Translations under genes and position numbers: made by a program
In this document: piece after piece, positions 10,140-18,590 of the stretch
Layout of the letters: the number at the start of each line of letters is the position of its first letter
Position numbering within the stretch: the first letter of the stretch is position 1
The notes under the pieces: generated by a model
The model's input: only the letters and a program-made list of their open reading frames with translations
Told to the model about the DNA's origin: nothing
Databases searched by the model: none
Assembly (NCBI GenBank): GCA_041686025.1
Contig: JAWLEP010000020.1
Span: 1 to 53,389 of the forward strand
Direction of reading: 5' to 3'
Source: Candidatus Fermentibacteraceae bacterium
Lineage (GTDB): Bacteria; Fermentibacterota; Fermentibacteria; Fermentibacterales; JCC-6
DNA length: 53,389 bases

Positions 10140-11587
10140 GGGTCCTGATGCTCAACCCCCCCTTCCTGCCGGGCTACAGCAGGGGCCAGCGCAGCCCGGC
10201 GGTTACCCGCAGCGGGACGCTCTACTACCCCATCTGGCTCTCCTACGCCGCGGGAGCCCTGGAGCAGGCGGGCCACGAGGTGCTGCTGCTGGACGCGCCG
10301 GCTGCGGAGCTGGATCGGGAGGCGGTCATGGACAGGGCCCGGAAATTCGCCCCGGACCTGGCGGTGGTGGAGACCTCCACCCCCTCCATCTGCTCCGACG
10401 CCGCCATGGCCGACAGCCTGGCCGCCGTGGCGGAGGAGGTGCTGCTGGTGGGGACCCACCCCGCGGCCCTGCCGGAGGCGACCGTGCAGCTGGGGAAGAG
10501 GTTCTCGGGGGTGGTGACCGGCGAGTACGAGATGCCGCTGCTGGGGGTCTGCGAGGCCATTCAGTCCGGCAGCAGCCTTAGGAACGTGCCGGGCCTCTGC
10601 CTCAGGGAGGGTGAGGAGACGGTGCTAACCGGTCCCGGGGAGCTGGTGGAGGACCCGGACTCCCTGCCCTGGGTGAGCCGGGTCTACGCCCGCCACCTGC
10701 CCATCGAGCGCTACAACAACCCCAACGCCCTTCACCCGCAGGTGATGATAATGGGCGGGCGGGGCTGCCCCTTCGGCTGCAGCTTCTGCGTCTTCCCCCA
10801 GACCCTCACCGGAAGGCGGCTCCGCCGGCGCTCGGTGGAGGACATCGTGGGGGAGGTGCTCTGGGTCCAGGAGAACCTGCCGCAGGTGCGGGCCGTCTTC
10901 TTCGAGGACGACACCATCTCCGCCGACAGGGAGCGGCTGCGCAGGCTGGCCGCGGAGATGCTCCGGCGGGGAGTGGAGGTCTCCTGGACGGCCAACATGC
11001 GCGCGGACGTGGACTACGAGACCCTCCGCGCCTGCCGCGAGGCCGGCCTGAGGACCGTCTGCGTGGGTTTCGAGAGCGGAAGCCCCGGGCAGCTGCGGAA
11101 CATGGGCAAGGGCATAGACCCCGGGACCATGCGCCGCTTCGCCCGGGACGCCAGGCGGGCGGGGGTGCTCGTTCACGGCTGCTTCATGGTGGGCATCCGC
11201 GGGGAGACCCGCGAGACCATGCGCCAGACGCTGGAGCTGGCCCTGGAGCTGGACCCCGACACCGCGCAGTTCTACCCCCTGATGGTCTACCCGGGCACCC
11301 GCGCCTACCGCGAGGCCCGGGAGGACGGCAACCTCATACCCTCCACATGGCGGGACTGGCTGGACGCGGAGGGTCTGCACAGCTGCGTGGTGCGCACGGG
11401 TGAGCTGTCGGCTGCGGAGCTGGTGGAGTTCTGTGACTACGCCCGGCGGCGCTTCTACCTCCGGCCGCGCTACATTCTGCGCAAGCTGCTGGCCAGCCTT
11501 CGCGACTCCGACGAGAGGCACCGGACGCTGAAGGCCTTCGGGACGTTCTGGCGCCACCTGGTCCGCAGGCGCAGGGCGCGAGGGTGA
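10136..11587 (+). CDS. B12-binding-domain radical SAM protein, HpnJ-like, copy 2
   Basis: 'LNPPF...RSPAVTRSGTLYYPIWL' N-terminus resembles HpnJ-type enzymes; CPFGCSFC, 'FFEDD', 'VGFESG', 'YPGT'. Confidence 0.9.
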   Translation: MRVLMLNPPFLPGYSRGQRSPAVTRSGTLYYPIWLSYAAGALEQAGHEVLLLDAPAAELDREAVMDRARKFAPDLAVVETSTPSICSDAAMADSLAAVAEEVLLVGTHPAALPEATVQLGKRFSGVVTGEYEMPLLGVCEAIQSGSSLRNVPGLCLREGEETVLTGPGELVEDPDSLPWVSRVYARHLPIERYNNPNALHPQVMIMGGRGCPFGCSFCVFPQTLTGRRLRRRSVEDIVGEVLWVQENLPQVRAVFFEDDTISADRERLRRLAAEMLRRGVEVSWTANMRADVDYETLRACREAGLRTVCVGFESGSPGQLRNMGKGIDPGTMRRFARDARRAGVLVHGCFMVGIRGETRETMRQTLELALELDPDTAQFYPLMVYPGTRAYREAREDGNLIPSTWRDWLDAEGLHSCVVRTGELSAAELVEFCDYARRRFYLRPRYILRKLLASLRDSDERHRTLKAFGTFWRHLVRRRRARG

Positions 11588-12552
11588 CCGGGCCGGTGCC
11601 TGCCGCGTCGGTGGTGGTGCCCGCGCTTCCGGGGAACGCCGCGGCCCGGGAGTGCCTCCGGGCGCTGAACGGACAGACCGTCCGGGGCGGCCTGCAGCTG
11701 GTGCTCTCTCTGGACGGCAGGGGCGGCTCCCCGGCGGCGGAGCTGGCGGACCTGGTTGTGGAGGGGCCCCACGGCGGACCGGCGGCGGCCAGGAACAGGG
11801 GGTGGAGGTCGGCGGCGGCGGGGATTATTCTATTCACCGATGCGGACTGCCTCCCCGAGCCGGACTGGGCCCAGCGGATGATGGAGTCGCTGCAGGAAGG
11901 GGCCGACGCCGCCAAGGGGGTCTACAGCCACGGCGGCGACAGGGTCGTCCAGCGGCTGGCCCAGGTGGAGTTCGAGGAGCGCTACGCCTTGCTCAGCAGG
12001 GGGGAAACCATAGACATTGTCGACACCTACTCCGCCGGCTACCGCCGGGAGGCCCTGGAGAGGGTGGGGGGATTCGACGAGGGCTTTCCGGTGCCCGACC
12101 ACGAGGACGTGGACCTGAGCTACCGGCTGGCGGAGGCCGGCTTCTCCATGGTCTTCGCCCCCCTGGCCCGGGTGGCGCATGCCCATCCGCCCACCTGGGG
12201 CGACTACGCCAGGCTGAAGTTCTCCCGCGGCCGCTGGAGGGCGCGGGTGCTGAGGAGGTTTCCCTCCCGGGCCTCCGGAGACGGCTACACGCCCCTGGCG
12301 ATGCGGGCTCAGATACTGATGGCGGCTGCGCTGCCGATGGCGGCTCTGTCGGCCGCTCTCGCCCCGGCGGCCACCGTGGCGGCCTATGCGGGCCTGTGGG
12401 CCCTCACCTCTCTGCCCCTCTTTCTCAGAGCCCTCCGCCACGATCCCCCGGTGGCCCCGCTGGTGCCCGTCTTCTGCGCCGTCCGGGCCTTCGCCCTGGC
12501 CGGCGGTCTGGCCGCCGGCGCTTTCAGGGAGGCGGCATGCTGGCGCCGGTAA
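11584..12552 (+). CDS. Glycosyltransferase family 2 with C-terminal TM helices
   Basis: 'AAARNRG', 'FTDADC' (DxD), 'GGFDE.F...EDVDLSYRL'. Confidence 0.9.
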   Translation: MTGPVPAASVVVPALPGNAAARECLRALNGQTVRGGLQLVLSLDGRGGSPAAELADLVVEGPHGGPAAARNRGWRSAAAGIILFTDADCLPEPDWAQRMMESLQEGADAAKGVYSHGGDRVVQRLAQVEFEERYALLSRGETIDIVDTYSAGYRREALERVGGFDEGFPVPDHEDVDLSYRLAEAGFSMVFAPLARVAHAHPPTWGDYARLKFSRGRWRARVLRRFPSRASGDGYTPLAMRAQILMAAALPMAALSAALAPAATVAAYAGLWALTSLPLFLRALRHDPPVAPLVPVFCAVRAFALAGGLAAGAFREAACWRR

Positions 12553-13928
12553 GGAAGTCCGACCGCGTGCTGATAGTGTTCCTGGCCGCAGCCGACCTGC
12601 TGGCCATACCCCTGGCCTTCCTGCTCACGTGGTGGCTGCGCACCGGGGCCCTGGCCGGCCCCCTGCCGGCCTTCCACCACGTGTTCGCCGACTACCTTCT
12701 CGCCCTGCCCGTGGTGGCCGTTCTGTGGATGGTCTGCTGGGGCCGCAACGGCCTCTACCGCCCCATGCGGTCCACAACGGGCATGGAGCGGATACAGAGG
12801 CTCTTGAAGGCCGCCTTCGCGCTGGCGGTGTCCATGATGGCGGCCAGCTACCTGGTCAAGAGGGACTACTCCCGCCTGATGCTCTTCATGTTCGTGTTCA
12901 CGTCGGTGCCCATGTCGCTGCTCCTTCGGGCCCCGGCCAGGTGGCTGGCCGAGAGGCTGGCGCCCATACGCTCGGTGCCCAGGATCCTGGTGGTGGGAAG
13001 CGGGGAGGTGGCCGCGAGGGTACTGAAGACGCTGCAGCAGCTCCCCGCTCCCCCTCCGGAGCTGGTGGGGGTGCTCACCGACGACCCGGAGATCCAGGGA
13101 GAGGCCTTCCACGGGGCGGAGGTCCTGGGGAGGGTCAGCGAGCTGCGCAGGCTGGCGGTGAGCCTCAAGGTGGACGAGGTCTTCTTCGCCTCACCCAACC
13201 TGGACCGCTCGCGGGTGCTGGACCTGATCAGCTCGGTTAAGGGCCGCGACATCCACTACCGCATGGTCACCGACCTCTTCGAGATAGCCACCGGCACCAC
13301 CAGCCTCGACGACATGGCCCGCCTGCCGATAGTGGAGATAGGCTACGGGAAGCCCGGCTTCCTGTACCGCTTCCTCAAGCGAACCATAGACTTGGTGGTC
13401 TCCCTTCTGCTTCTGGCGGTACTGGCTCCCCTGTTCGCCCTGGTCTGGGTACTGCTGCGGATAACGGCGGAGGGCTCGCCCATCTTCCGGCAGAGGAGGG
13501 TGGGCCTGGCGGGCAAGGAGTTCACCCTGCTGAAGTTCAGGACCATGGTGCCGGACGCCGACGAGTACGAGGTGGCGCCCATGGAGAAGGACGACCCCAG
13601 GGTGACTGCGGTGGGCGGCTTCCTGCGCAGGACAAGCCTGGACGAGCTTCCCCAGCTGGTCAATGTCTTCCGGGGGGAGATGAGCCTGGTGGGCCCCCGG
13701 CCGGAGATGCCCTTCATCGTGGACAAGTACAACCGATGGCAGCTGCGCAGGCTGGACGTCAGGCCGGGAATTACCGGTCTGTGGCAGATAATGGGCAGGA
13801 AGGACTTGCCGCTGCACGAGAACATCGAGTACGATTTCTACTATATCCGCAACCAGTCGCTGATGCTGGATTTTGCTATATTGCTGCGAACCGTGCTTAT
13901 CATTCTCAAGGGCAGGGGGGCCTACTGA
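12537..13928 (+). CDS. Polyprenyl glycosylphosphotransferase (WcaJ/WbaP-like initiating sugar transferase)
   Basis: N-terminal TMs, a CoA-binding-like segment, and C-terminal 'KFRTM', 'DDPRVT', 'SLDELPQL', 'MSLVGPRP', 'PGITG.WQ'. Confidence 0.94.
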   Translation: MLAPVRKSDRVLIVFLAAADLLAIPLAFLLTWWLRTGALAGPLPAFHHVFADYLLALPVVAVLWMVCWGRNGLYRPMRSTTGMERIQRLLKAAFALAVSMMAASYLVKRDYSRLMLFMFVFTSVPMSLLLRAPARWLAERLAPIRSVPRILVVGSGEVAARVLKTLQQLPAPPPELVGVLTDDPEIQGEAFHGAEVLGRVSELRRLAVSLKVDEVFFASPNLDRSRVLDLISSVKGRDIHYRMVTDLFEIATGTTSLDDMARLPIVEIGYGKPGFLYRFLKRTIDLVVSLLLLAVLAPLFALVWVLLRITAEGSPIFRQRRVGLAGKEFTLLKFRTMVPDADEYEVAPMEKDDPRVTAVGGFLRRTSLDELPQLVNVFRGEMSLVGPRPEMPFIVDKYNRWQLRRLDVRPGITGLWQIMGRKDLPLHENIEYDFYYIRNQSLMLDFAILLRTVLIILKGRGAY

Positions 13929-15445
13929 TGAACGAGGATGCGTCCGGCCCCATCTTTCGGGACTCCCCCATAGGCATGCTGGTGGTCCGGGAGGGCAGGG
14001 TAACCCTGGCCAATGCCGAGGCCATCCGCTTCCTGGGGGCCTCCTCCGCAGACGACGTGGCGGGCAAGCGCCTGGAGCAGGTGATTCCGGTGGACCTCCG
14101 CTCCCGGTCCAGCCTGCTTCCGGCACTGGACCGGCTGGCCCCCGGGGACATCCGGTCCTTCGAGAGGGAGCTGGCCCTTCCGGGAGCCGTCTACACCCCG
14201 GTGACCATCCGCGCCACCTGCCTGGAGGGGGGCATGAAGCTGCTGTGCCTCCTGGACAACTCCGAGGTCAGCGACCTCAAGCGGTCGCTCTTCGAGAGCG
14301 AGGAGCGCAGAAGGGCGCTGCTCTCGTGCCTGGACGCCCCCGTCCTGGGAATCGACGGCGACTACCGCATCATGTGGGCCAGCCGGGGGGCCGCCCAGAA
14401 GGCTGGGGTCAACACCCATGAGATGGTGGGCAGGCTGTGCTACCGTGTCCTGCGGTCGCGGGTGAAGCCCTGCCGGGGCTGTCCGGCGCCGCTGGCCACC
14501 GCAGGCTCCGGCCCGGCCACCGGACAGGTGGAGAGCGGCTCTGCCAGTGTCAGGGTGGTGGCAACCGCCGTGCGGGGGTCGGAAGGCTACAGGTCCGGAA
14601 GCGTGCTCTACTGCCCCGACGAGGCCTCCGAGCGCAGCTCCCCGGGAGGGGACGGCGGCGTGGCTCAGCTGGCCCCGGACTACTACATCGCTCCCGCCTG
14701 GCAGGACGTCCTTCTGCTGCGGCTGGACCGCGGCCACAAGGTGCTGTCCTGGCTGGCGCCCCGCAGGGGGCCCGGCAGGAAGGCGGCCCTGGCCGTGAAG
14801 AGGCAGGTGCCTCTGGCCGAGCTGTTCGAGCCCGGTTCCCGCCAGTCGGTTACCGATGCCCTGCGGCTTCTGGAGAGCCCGGGAGACTCCGCTTCCGCCA
14901 GAGCCATAAGGCTGGGAGGAATAGAGGCCTCGGCCACCATGATCGCCCACTCCGATGGAGCCCTGGTTCTGGTGGGATGCATGGAAGGCGGCACTCCCGG
15001 GGACGGGTCAGGCCTCAGCCTGACGCAGGTGGCCCGGCAGGCGGCCGGGGAGCTGGAGAGAGCCCTGGGCCAGCCGGTGGAGCTGCGTATCGAAGAAGAG
15101 GATGACGAAGACGGCATCTCCCGGGTGGAGACGGACATGAGCATTCTGGAGGCCTTCCGGCGGATAGGCAGGACCCCGCCGCAGGGCTTCGGACGCATGG
15201 GCCTGAAGCTGGTCCTGGGTCGTCTGCAGCTGGAGCGGCCCATGCACGACCTCAGCCCGGGCAGCTACATAGGACTGCATCTCACCAACCGGGACGACGG
15301 GGACCCCATGGAGCCCCCGCCCGACGGGCACATAAGGTCGATGCCGCTGGAATCGGAGCCGGAGGGAAGGATTCTGGTGAGCGCGGTCTCCAGCGATGTG
15401 CATTCCTACACTGTAGTGCTGCCCGATCGGAAGGGAGGCCGGTGA
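13928..15445 (+). CDS. Multi-PAS protein with a degenerate histidine-kinase-like C-terminus
   Basis: PAS signatures 'IFRDSPIGML...ANAEA' and 'LLSCLDAPVLGID...GRLCY...PCRGCP'. The C-terminal 'LSPGSYI' and 'GRILVS...YTVVLP' recall HATPase_c, but the H, N, G1, F and G2 boxes are not recognisable. Confidence 0.65.
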   Translation: MNEDASGPIFRDSPIGMLVVREGRVTLANAEAIRFLGASSADDVAGKRLEQVIPVDLRSRSSLLPALDRLAPGDIRSFERELALPGAVYTPVTIRATCLEGGMKLLCLLDNSEVSDLKRSLFESEERRRALLSCLDAPVLGIDGDYRIMWASRGAAQKAGVNTHEMVGRLCYRVLRSRVKPCRGCPAPLATAGSGPATGQVESGSASVRVVATAVRGSEGYRSGSVLYCPDEASERSSPGGDGGVAQLAPDYYIAPAWQDVLLLRLDRGHKVLSWLAPRRGPGRKAALAVKRQVPLAELFEPGSRQSVTDALRLLESPGDSASARAIRLGGIEASATMIAHSDGALVLVGCMEGGTPGDGSGLSLTQVARQAAGELERALGQPVELRIEEEDDEDGISRVETDMSILEAFRRIGRTPPQGFGRMGLKLVLGRLQLERPMHDLSPGSYIGLHLTNRDDGDPMEPPPDGHIRSMPLESEPEGRILVSAVSSDVHSYTVVLPDRKGGR

Positions 15446-15452
15446 TAGAAGC

Positions 15453-16142
15453 ATGATACGGGTGATCGGAGATGATCCCGGGGTTACCAGGGACATAGTA
15501 TCGATGATACAGGGTGCCGGCGGGGAGGACGCGGCGGCCGGACCACCGGAGGAAGCGGAGCCCATGCCCTCGCTTCTGGTGGCCCATGGAATCGACTCCA
15601 TACGTTCGGTCTGCGGTCTTGTGAACCATCGTGGAGAGTACTTCCAGCCCTTTCTGGGGCTTGTCGGCTCGATGGAGGAGGCCGAGAAGGCCAGAGACTG
15701 CGGAGTAAGCGACGTCGTGTTCTACCCGACGGGCAGAGAGGAGCTGGTCTACAGGGCTGTCAAAATAATGGGCGACAGCGTGTTCAGGCTTGGTGACGCA
15801 GTTGCCGCCAGACACCTCATCCGCTTTCTCGTCGCCTGGTCGCATCGCTACAACTCCAACTTCAGCGTCATGAGGTTCACATGGCCGGGTGATGACAAGA
15901 CAGCGCTCAGGGACCTGGCGCTGGACCTGATGATCAACCTCAGGCTCTCCGACCATCTCTGCAGGCTCTCCAACGGAGATCTTGTAGCGCTTATGCCCGA
16001 GACCAGCCGGGAGCAGGCAACCATCGCCCTGGAGAGGCTCAGGCGAACTATCCCGGCGGTGGCCGACGGGGAGCTGAAGGTCTGCTTCGATGGCGGAGGC
16101 TTCGGAGACCTGACCGCCGAGGAGCTCCTGGAGAGGCTCTGA
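15453..16142 (+). CDS. Degenerate receiver domain + degenerate GGDEF domain protein
   Basis: 'IRVIGDD', 'GVSDVVFYP...EELVYR' (REC-like); 'RYNSNFSV', 'LRLSDHLCRLSNGDLVALMPET...ALERLR' (GGDEF-like). Confidence 0.7.
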   Translation: MIRVIGDDPGVTRDIVSMIQGAGGEDAAAGPPEEAEPMPSLLVAHGIDSIRSVCGLVNHRGEYFQPFLGLVGSMEEAEKARDCGVSDVVFYPTGREELVYRAVKIMGDSVFRLGDAVAARHLIRFLVAWSHRYNSNFSVMRFTWPGDDKTALRDLALDLMINLRLSDHLCRLSNGDLVALMPETSREQATIALERLRRTIPAVADGELKVCFDGGGFGDLTAEELLERL

Positions 16143-16969
16143 TGGCTGTAATCCAGACCGGACTGTTAATTTCGCTTCTTGCGTCGCCCGCGGTACCGTC
16201 CCGGCATGCCATGGGGGTGTCCCCCTACTCCTGGGCCGACGACCCCGGCGCCTGGATGAAGGCACCGGCCTGCCTGGTGCGGGCCGAGGTATGGGAGGTG
16301 GGAGCCTTCGGCTCGGTGGGCAACCTGGAGTCCGAAGCCGACTGGACGGAGGACCTCTCCGGAACGCTGGCGGCGGTGGGTCCGGCGGGTTCGCTCTACG
16401 CGGGAGCGGTCCTGGGAGGCTCGGGGGGGCAGGCCGACACCCTCGGCGGCCGGGTGGCGGCGGCCCTGCTGCTCACCGGCGATCCCGTCTCGTTCATGGA
16501 GGGTTTCTTCGGCCCCTCGGTCTCCGTAGGGGCGGCCCTGGCAACCAGGAGGATGTCCGAAGGCGACGGCGCGGGGGGGGAGGTGCTCGTGTCCGGCTCG
16601 GCGCAGGTGGCCTTCTTTCCCACCTTCTGCATCGGGCTGGGAGCAAGGCCCTCCAGGGTTGCCGCCTGGGGCCCGGACTCCCTGCGGTCCGGGGACTCCT
16701 ACGGCGGGGTGGGGGCTTCGTGCACCTACATATTCGGCCGGGAGCTGCGGGGCCATCTCGGATTCGGCGGAGACGGTGCTTCGGTGGGCGCGGACCTCAA
16801 GGTCTCGGACCTGCTGACGGTGATGGCCGGAACCGACGGGAGCTTCTGGGGCTGCGGTCTCTCGGCGTCCGCAGGCCGGATCACGGCCGACTACGGCCTC
16901 AGGCTCACCGATGCGTCCGCGTCCCATTCCGCGGGCCTGTGGCTGAAGATGGGGGAGGCATCATGGTAG
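16142..16969 (+). CDS. Exported hypothetical protein, probably outer-membrane beta-barrel (PorV-like pattern)
   Basis: N-terminal signal-like segment, 'RHAMG...PA', alternating beta-strand pattern, C-terminal 'ITADYG...HSAGL'. Confidence 0.45.
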   Translation: MAVIQTGLLISLLASPAVPSRHAMGVSPYSWADDPGAWMKAPACLVRAEVWEVGAFGSVGNLESEADWTEDLSGTLAAVGPAGSLYAGAVLGGSGGQADTLGGRVAAALLLTGDPVSFMEGFFGPSVSVGAALATRRMSEGDGAGGEVLVSGSAQVAFFPTFCIGLGARPSRVAAWGPDSLRSGDSYGGVGASCTYIFGRELRGHLGFGGDGASVGADLKVSDLLTVMAGTDGSFWGCGLSASAGRITADYGLRLTDASASHSAGLWLKMGEASW

Positions 16970-18189
16970 CCGTCCTGGTCCTGGGCCTGCTGGCGGCGCA
17001 GCCCGACAGCTCCGGCCCCGACGTCCACGTAGGCGGGCTGGTGTACGGAAGGGCCTCCTCGGACGTGAACGGAGGCGAGCTGCGTCTCGACGACTGGGAG
17101 CACAGGACCAGGCTGCGCCTGGAGGCGCGCTGGGGCGACGGGCTCTCGGCGCTGGCCGAGCCTTCCGTAAGCGGCGACAGCCTGGAGACGGGGATGGACC
17201 GGCTTCTGATCACGGCCAGGCTGCCCGGGACCCCCTGGCTGGGCGGAGAGGTCTTTCACGGGTGCCGCCAGCCGTTCCTTCCGGGTCTGGGACGTCCCTG
17301 GCTCGACCTCACCGACACCGAAGCCGACTCCCTCTCGGGCATGTCGCTGACCGCCGGGGGATTTCTGGGCTTCCGGGGATCCTACTCGGTCTACCGTCCC
17401 TTCTCCGGAGACACCGCATCCTACGCCATGGTCCGGGCTCCATGGGCCGGACTGGGCACCTTCCGGGCCTACAGGTACACCAGGCACCACGCGGGCGGCA
17501 GCCTGGAGTACGATGCCCTGGAGGGCTGGCTGTCGGTCCGCAGGGTCGCCCCCTGGGCCTACCTGCTGCGCAGCAGGAACAGCGATGAGGGGTGGGCGGC
17601 CGGGATGCAGCTTCGGGGAATGGGGCTGAGGCCCTCGCTGGATCTCCGGCTGGAGGTGGTCCCGGAGGCCCACCTGGCGGGCGACGGCCTACTGCCCGGA
17701 ACCGGCGGCATGCAGCCCGGCCAGAGGTCGGCGGGGCTGAGGCTGTCCATGCGCTCCCTGCAGCGGTCGGTCTCGGCATGGGCCTACGGCAGGATCGGTT
17801 TCGAGGATATTGTACAGGACTCGGCGGGCCTGGGCGCCTACATGCTCAGCGAGGCCGACATCGAGTACACGCTCCGGGCGGGTGTCCCCGAGCAGGGAGA
17901 CGCTGCAGTCCGTCTGGACGCCGACCTGAGAAGGCCCCTGGCGGGAGCGGGTGCGGGCCTTCACCTGGTGGGCGACAGCCTGAGGGTGGCCGGCAGGGCC
18001 TCCTACACGCCGCGGCCCGACGTTCACGGGACCATGGAGCTCTCCGGGTCGCCTTCGGGCAGCATCGACCCGGCAGGCGAGCTGGCCGCCCGGGTGGCTG
18101 CGGGTGCGGTATCCGGAGGGCTGTCGCTGCTGTGGGAGGACGGAGAGGTATCCATGGGAGTCGACCTGGTGGCGGAGGTGATGCAGTGA
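16963..18189 (+). CDS. Exported hypothetical protein, beta-strand rich (possible porin)
   Basis: ATG 16963 after GGAGG; short hydrophobic N-terminus; many amphipathic beta-strand-like segments; coupled to both neighbours. Confidence 0.45.
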   Translation: MVAVLVLGLLAAQPDSSGPDVHVGGLVYGRASSDVNGGELRLDDWEHRTRLRLEARWGDGLSALAEPSVSGDSLETGMDRLLITARLPGTPWLGGEVFHGCRQPFLPGLGRPWLDLTDTEADSLSGMSLTAGGFLGFRGSYSVYRPFSGDTASYAMVRAPWAGLGTFRAYRYTRHHAGGSLEYDALEGWLSVRRVAPWAYLLRSRNSDEGWAAGMQLRGMGLRPSLDLRLEVVPEAHLAGDGLLPGTGGMQPGQRSAGLRLSMRSLQRSVSAWAYGRIGFEDIVQDSAGLGAYMLSEADIEYTLRAGVPEQGDAAVRLDADLRRPLAGAGAGLHLVGDSLRVAGRASYTPRPDVHGTMELSGSPSGSIDPAGELAARVAAGAVSGGLSLLWEDGEVSMGVDLVAEVMQ

Positions 18190-18557
18190 GGTACGCCGGA
18201 GCGGCCGTCTTCGCCGCAATCCTGCTCCTGGTATCCTGTGCCGCCCTGACCCCCGCCGGCCGGCCGGAGGACGGGGCCGTTCTGCGGCTCTACCGGCCCG
18301 GGGCGGCAAAGGTGCAGGTGGTGGGGGACTGGAACGACTGGGGCGGTACCCTGGTTCCCGGCGGCGTCCTGGACCCCGATGCGGGTCTCATGGAGCGGGA
18401 GGGGGACGGCTGGTGGACGGCCAGCCCGCGGCCGGGCAGGGGGAGGTACAGGTACGCCTTCGTCGTGGACGGCTCGCTGTGGATCCCCGATCCCCGAAAC
18501 CCCGAGACCGCCTTCTTCGGAGACCGTCGGGTCTCCGTCCTGGTGACAGACGAGTAG
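18186..18557 (+). CDS. Lipoprotein with CBM48/AMPK-beta glycogen-binding domain
   Basis: Lipobox 'LVSC'; 'AAKVQVVGDWNDW', 'G.W', 'GRYRYAFVVDG..WIPDP.NP'. Confidence 0.85.
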   Translation: MRYAGAAVFAAILLLVSCAALTPAGRPEDGAVLRLYRPGAAKVQVVGDWNDWGGTLVPGGVLDPDAGLMEREGDGWWTASPRPGRGRYRYAFVVDGSLWIPDPRNPETAFFGDRRVSVLVTDE

Positions 18558-18590
18558 CCGCGGCAGAACGTCGCTGAGAGGTGAGCGCTT

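Noticed and set aside
5653..12552. Calling this a hopanoid (hpn) biosynthesis cluster
   Set aside because: No squalene-hopene cyclase, HpnH/G or squalene synthase genes in the window; the context is glycan export. The rest of the genome cannot be seen.
1687..13928. Long G/R/P-rich N-terminal extensions in the ORF track (e.g. starts 1687, 2721, 3917, 4912, 7318, 8343, 11652), which look like fusions
   Set aside because: They overlap the preceding real gene in another frame; coupled starts at the stop-codon overlaps give normal-length proteins.
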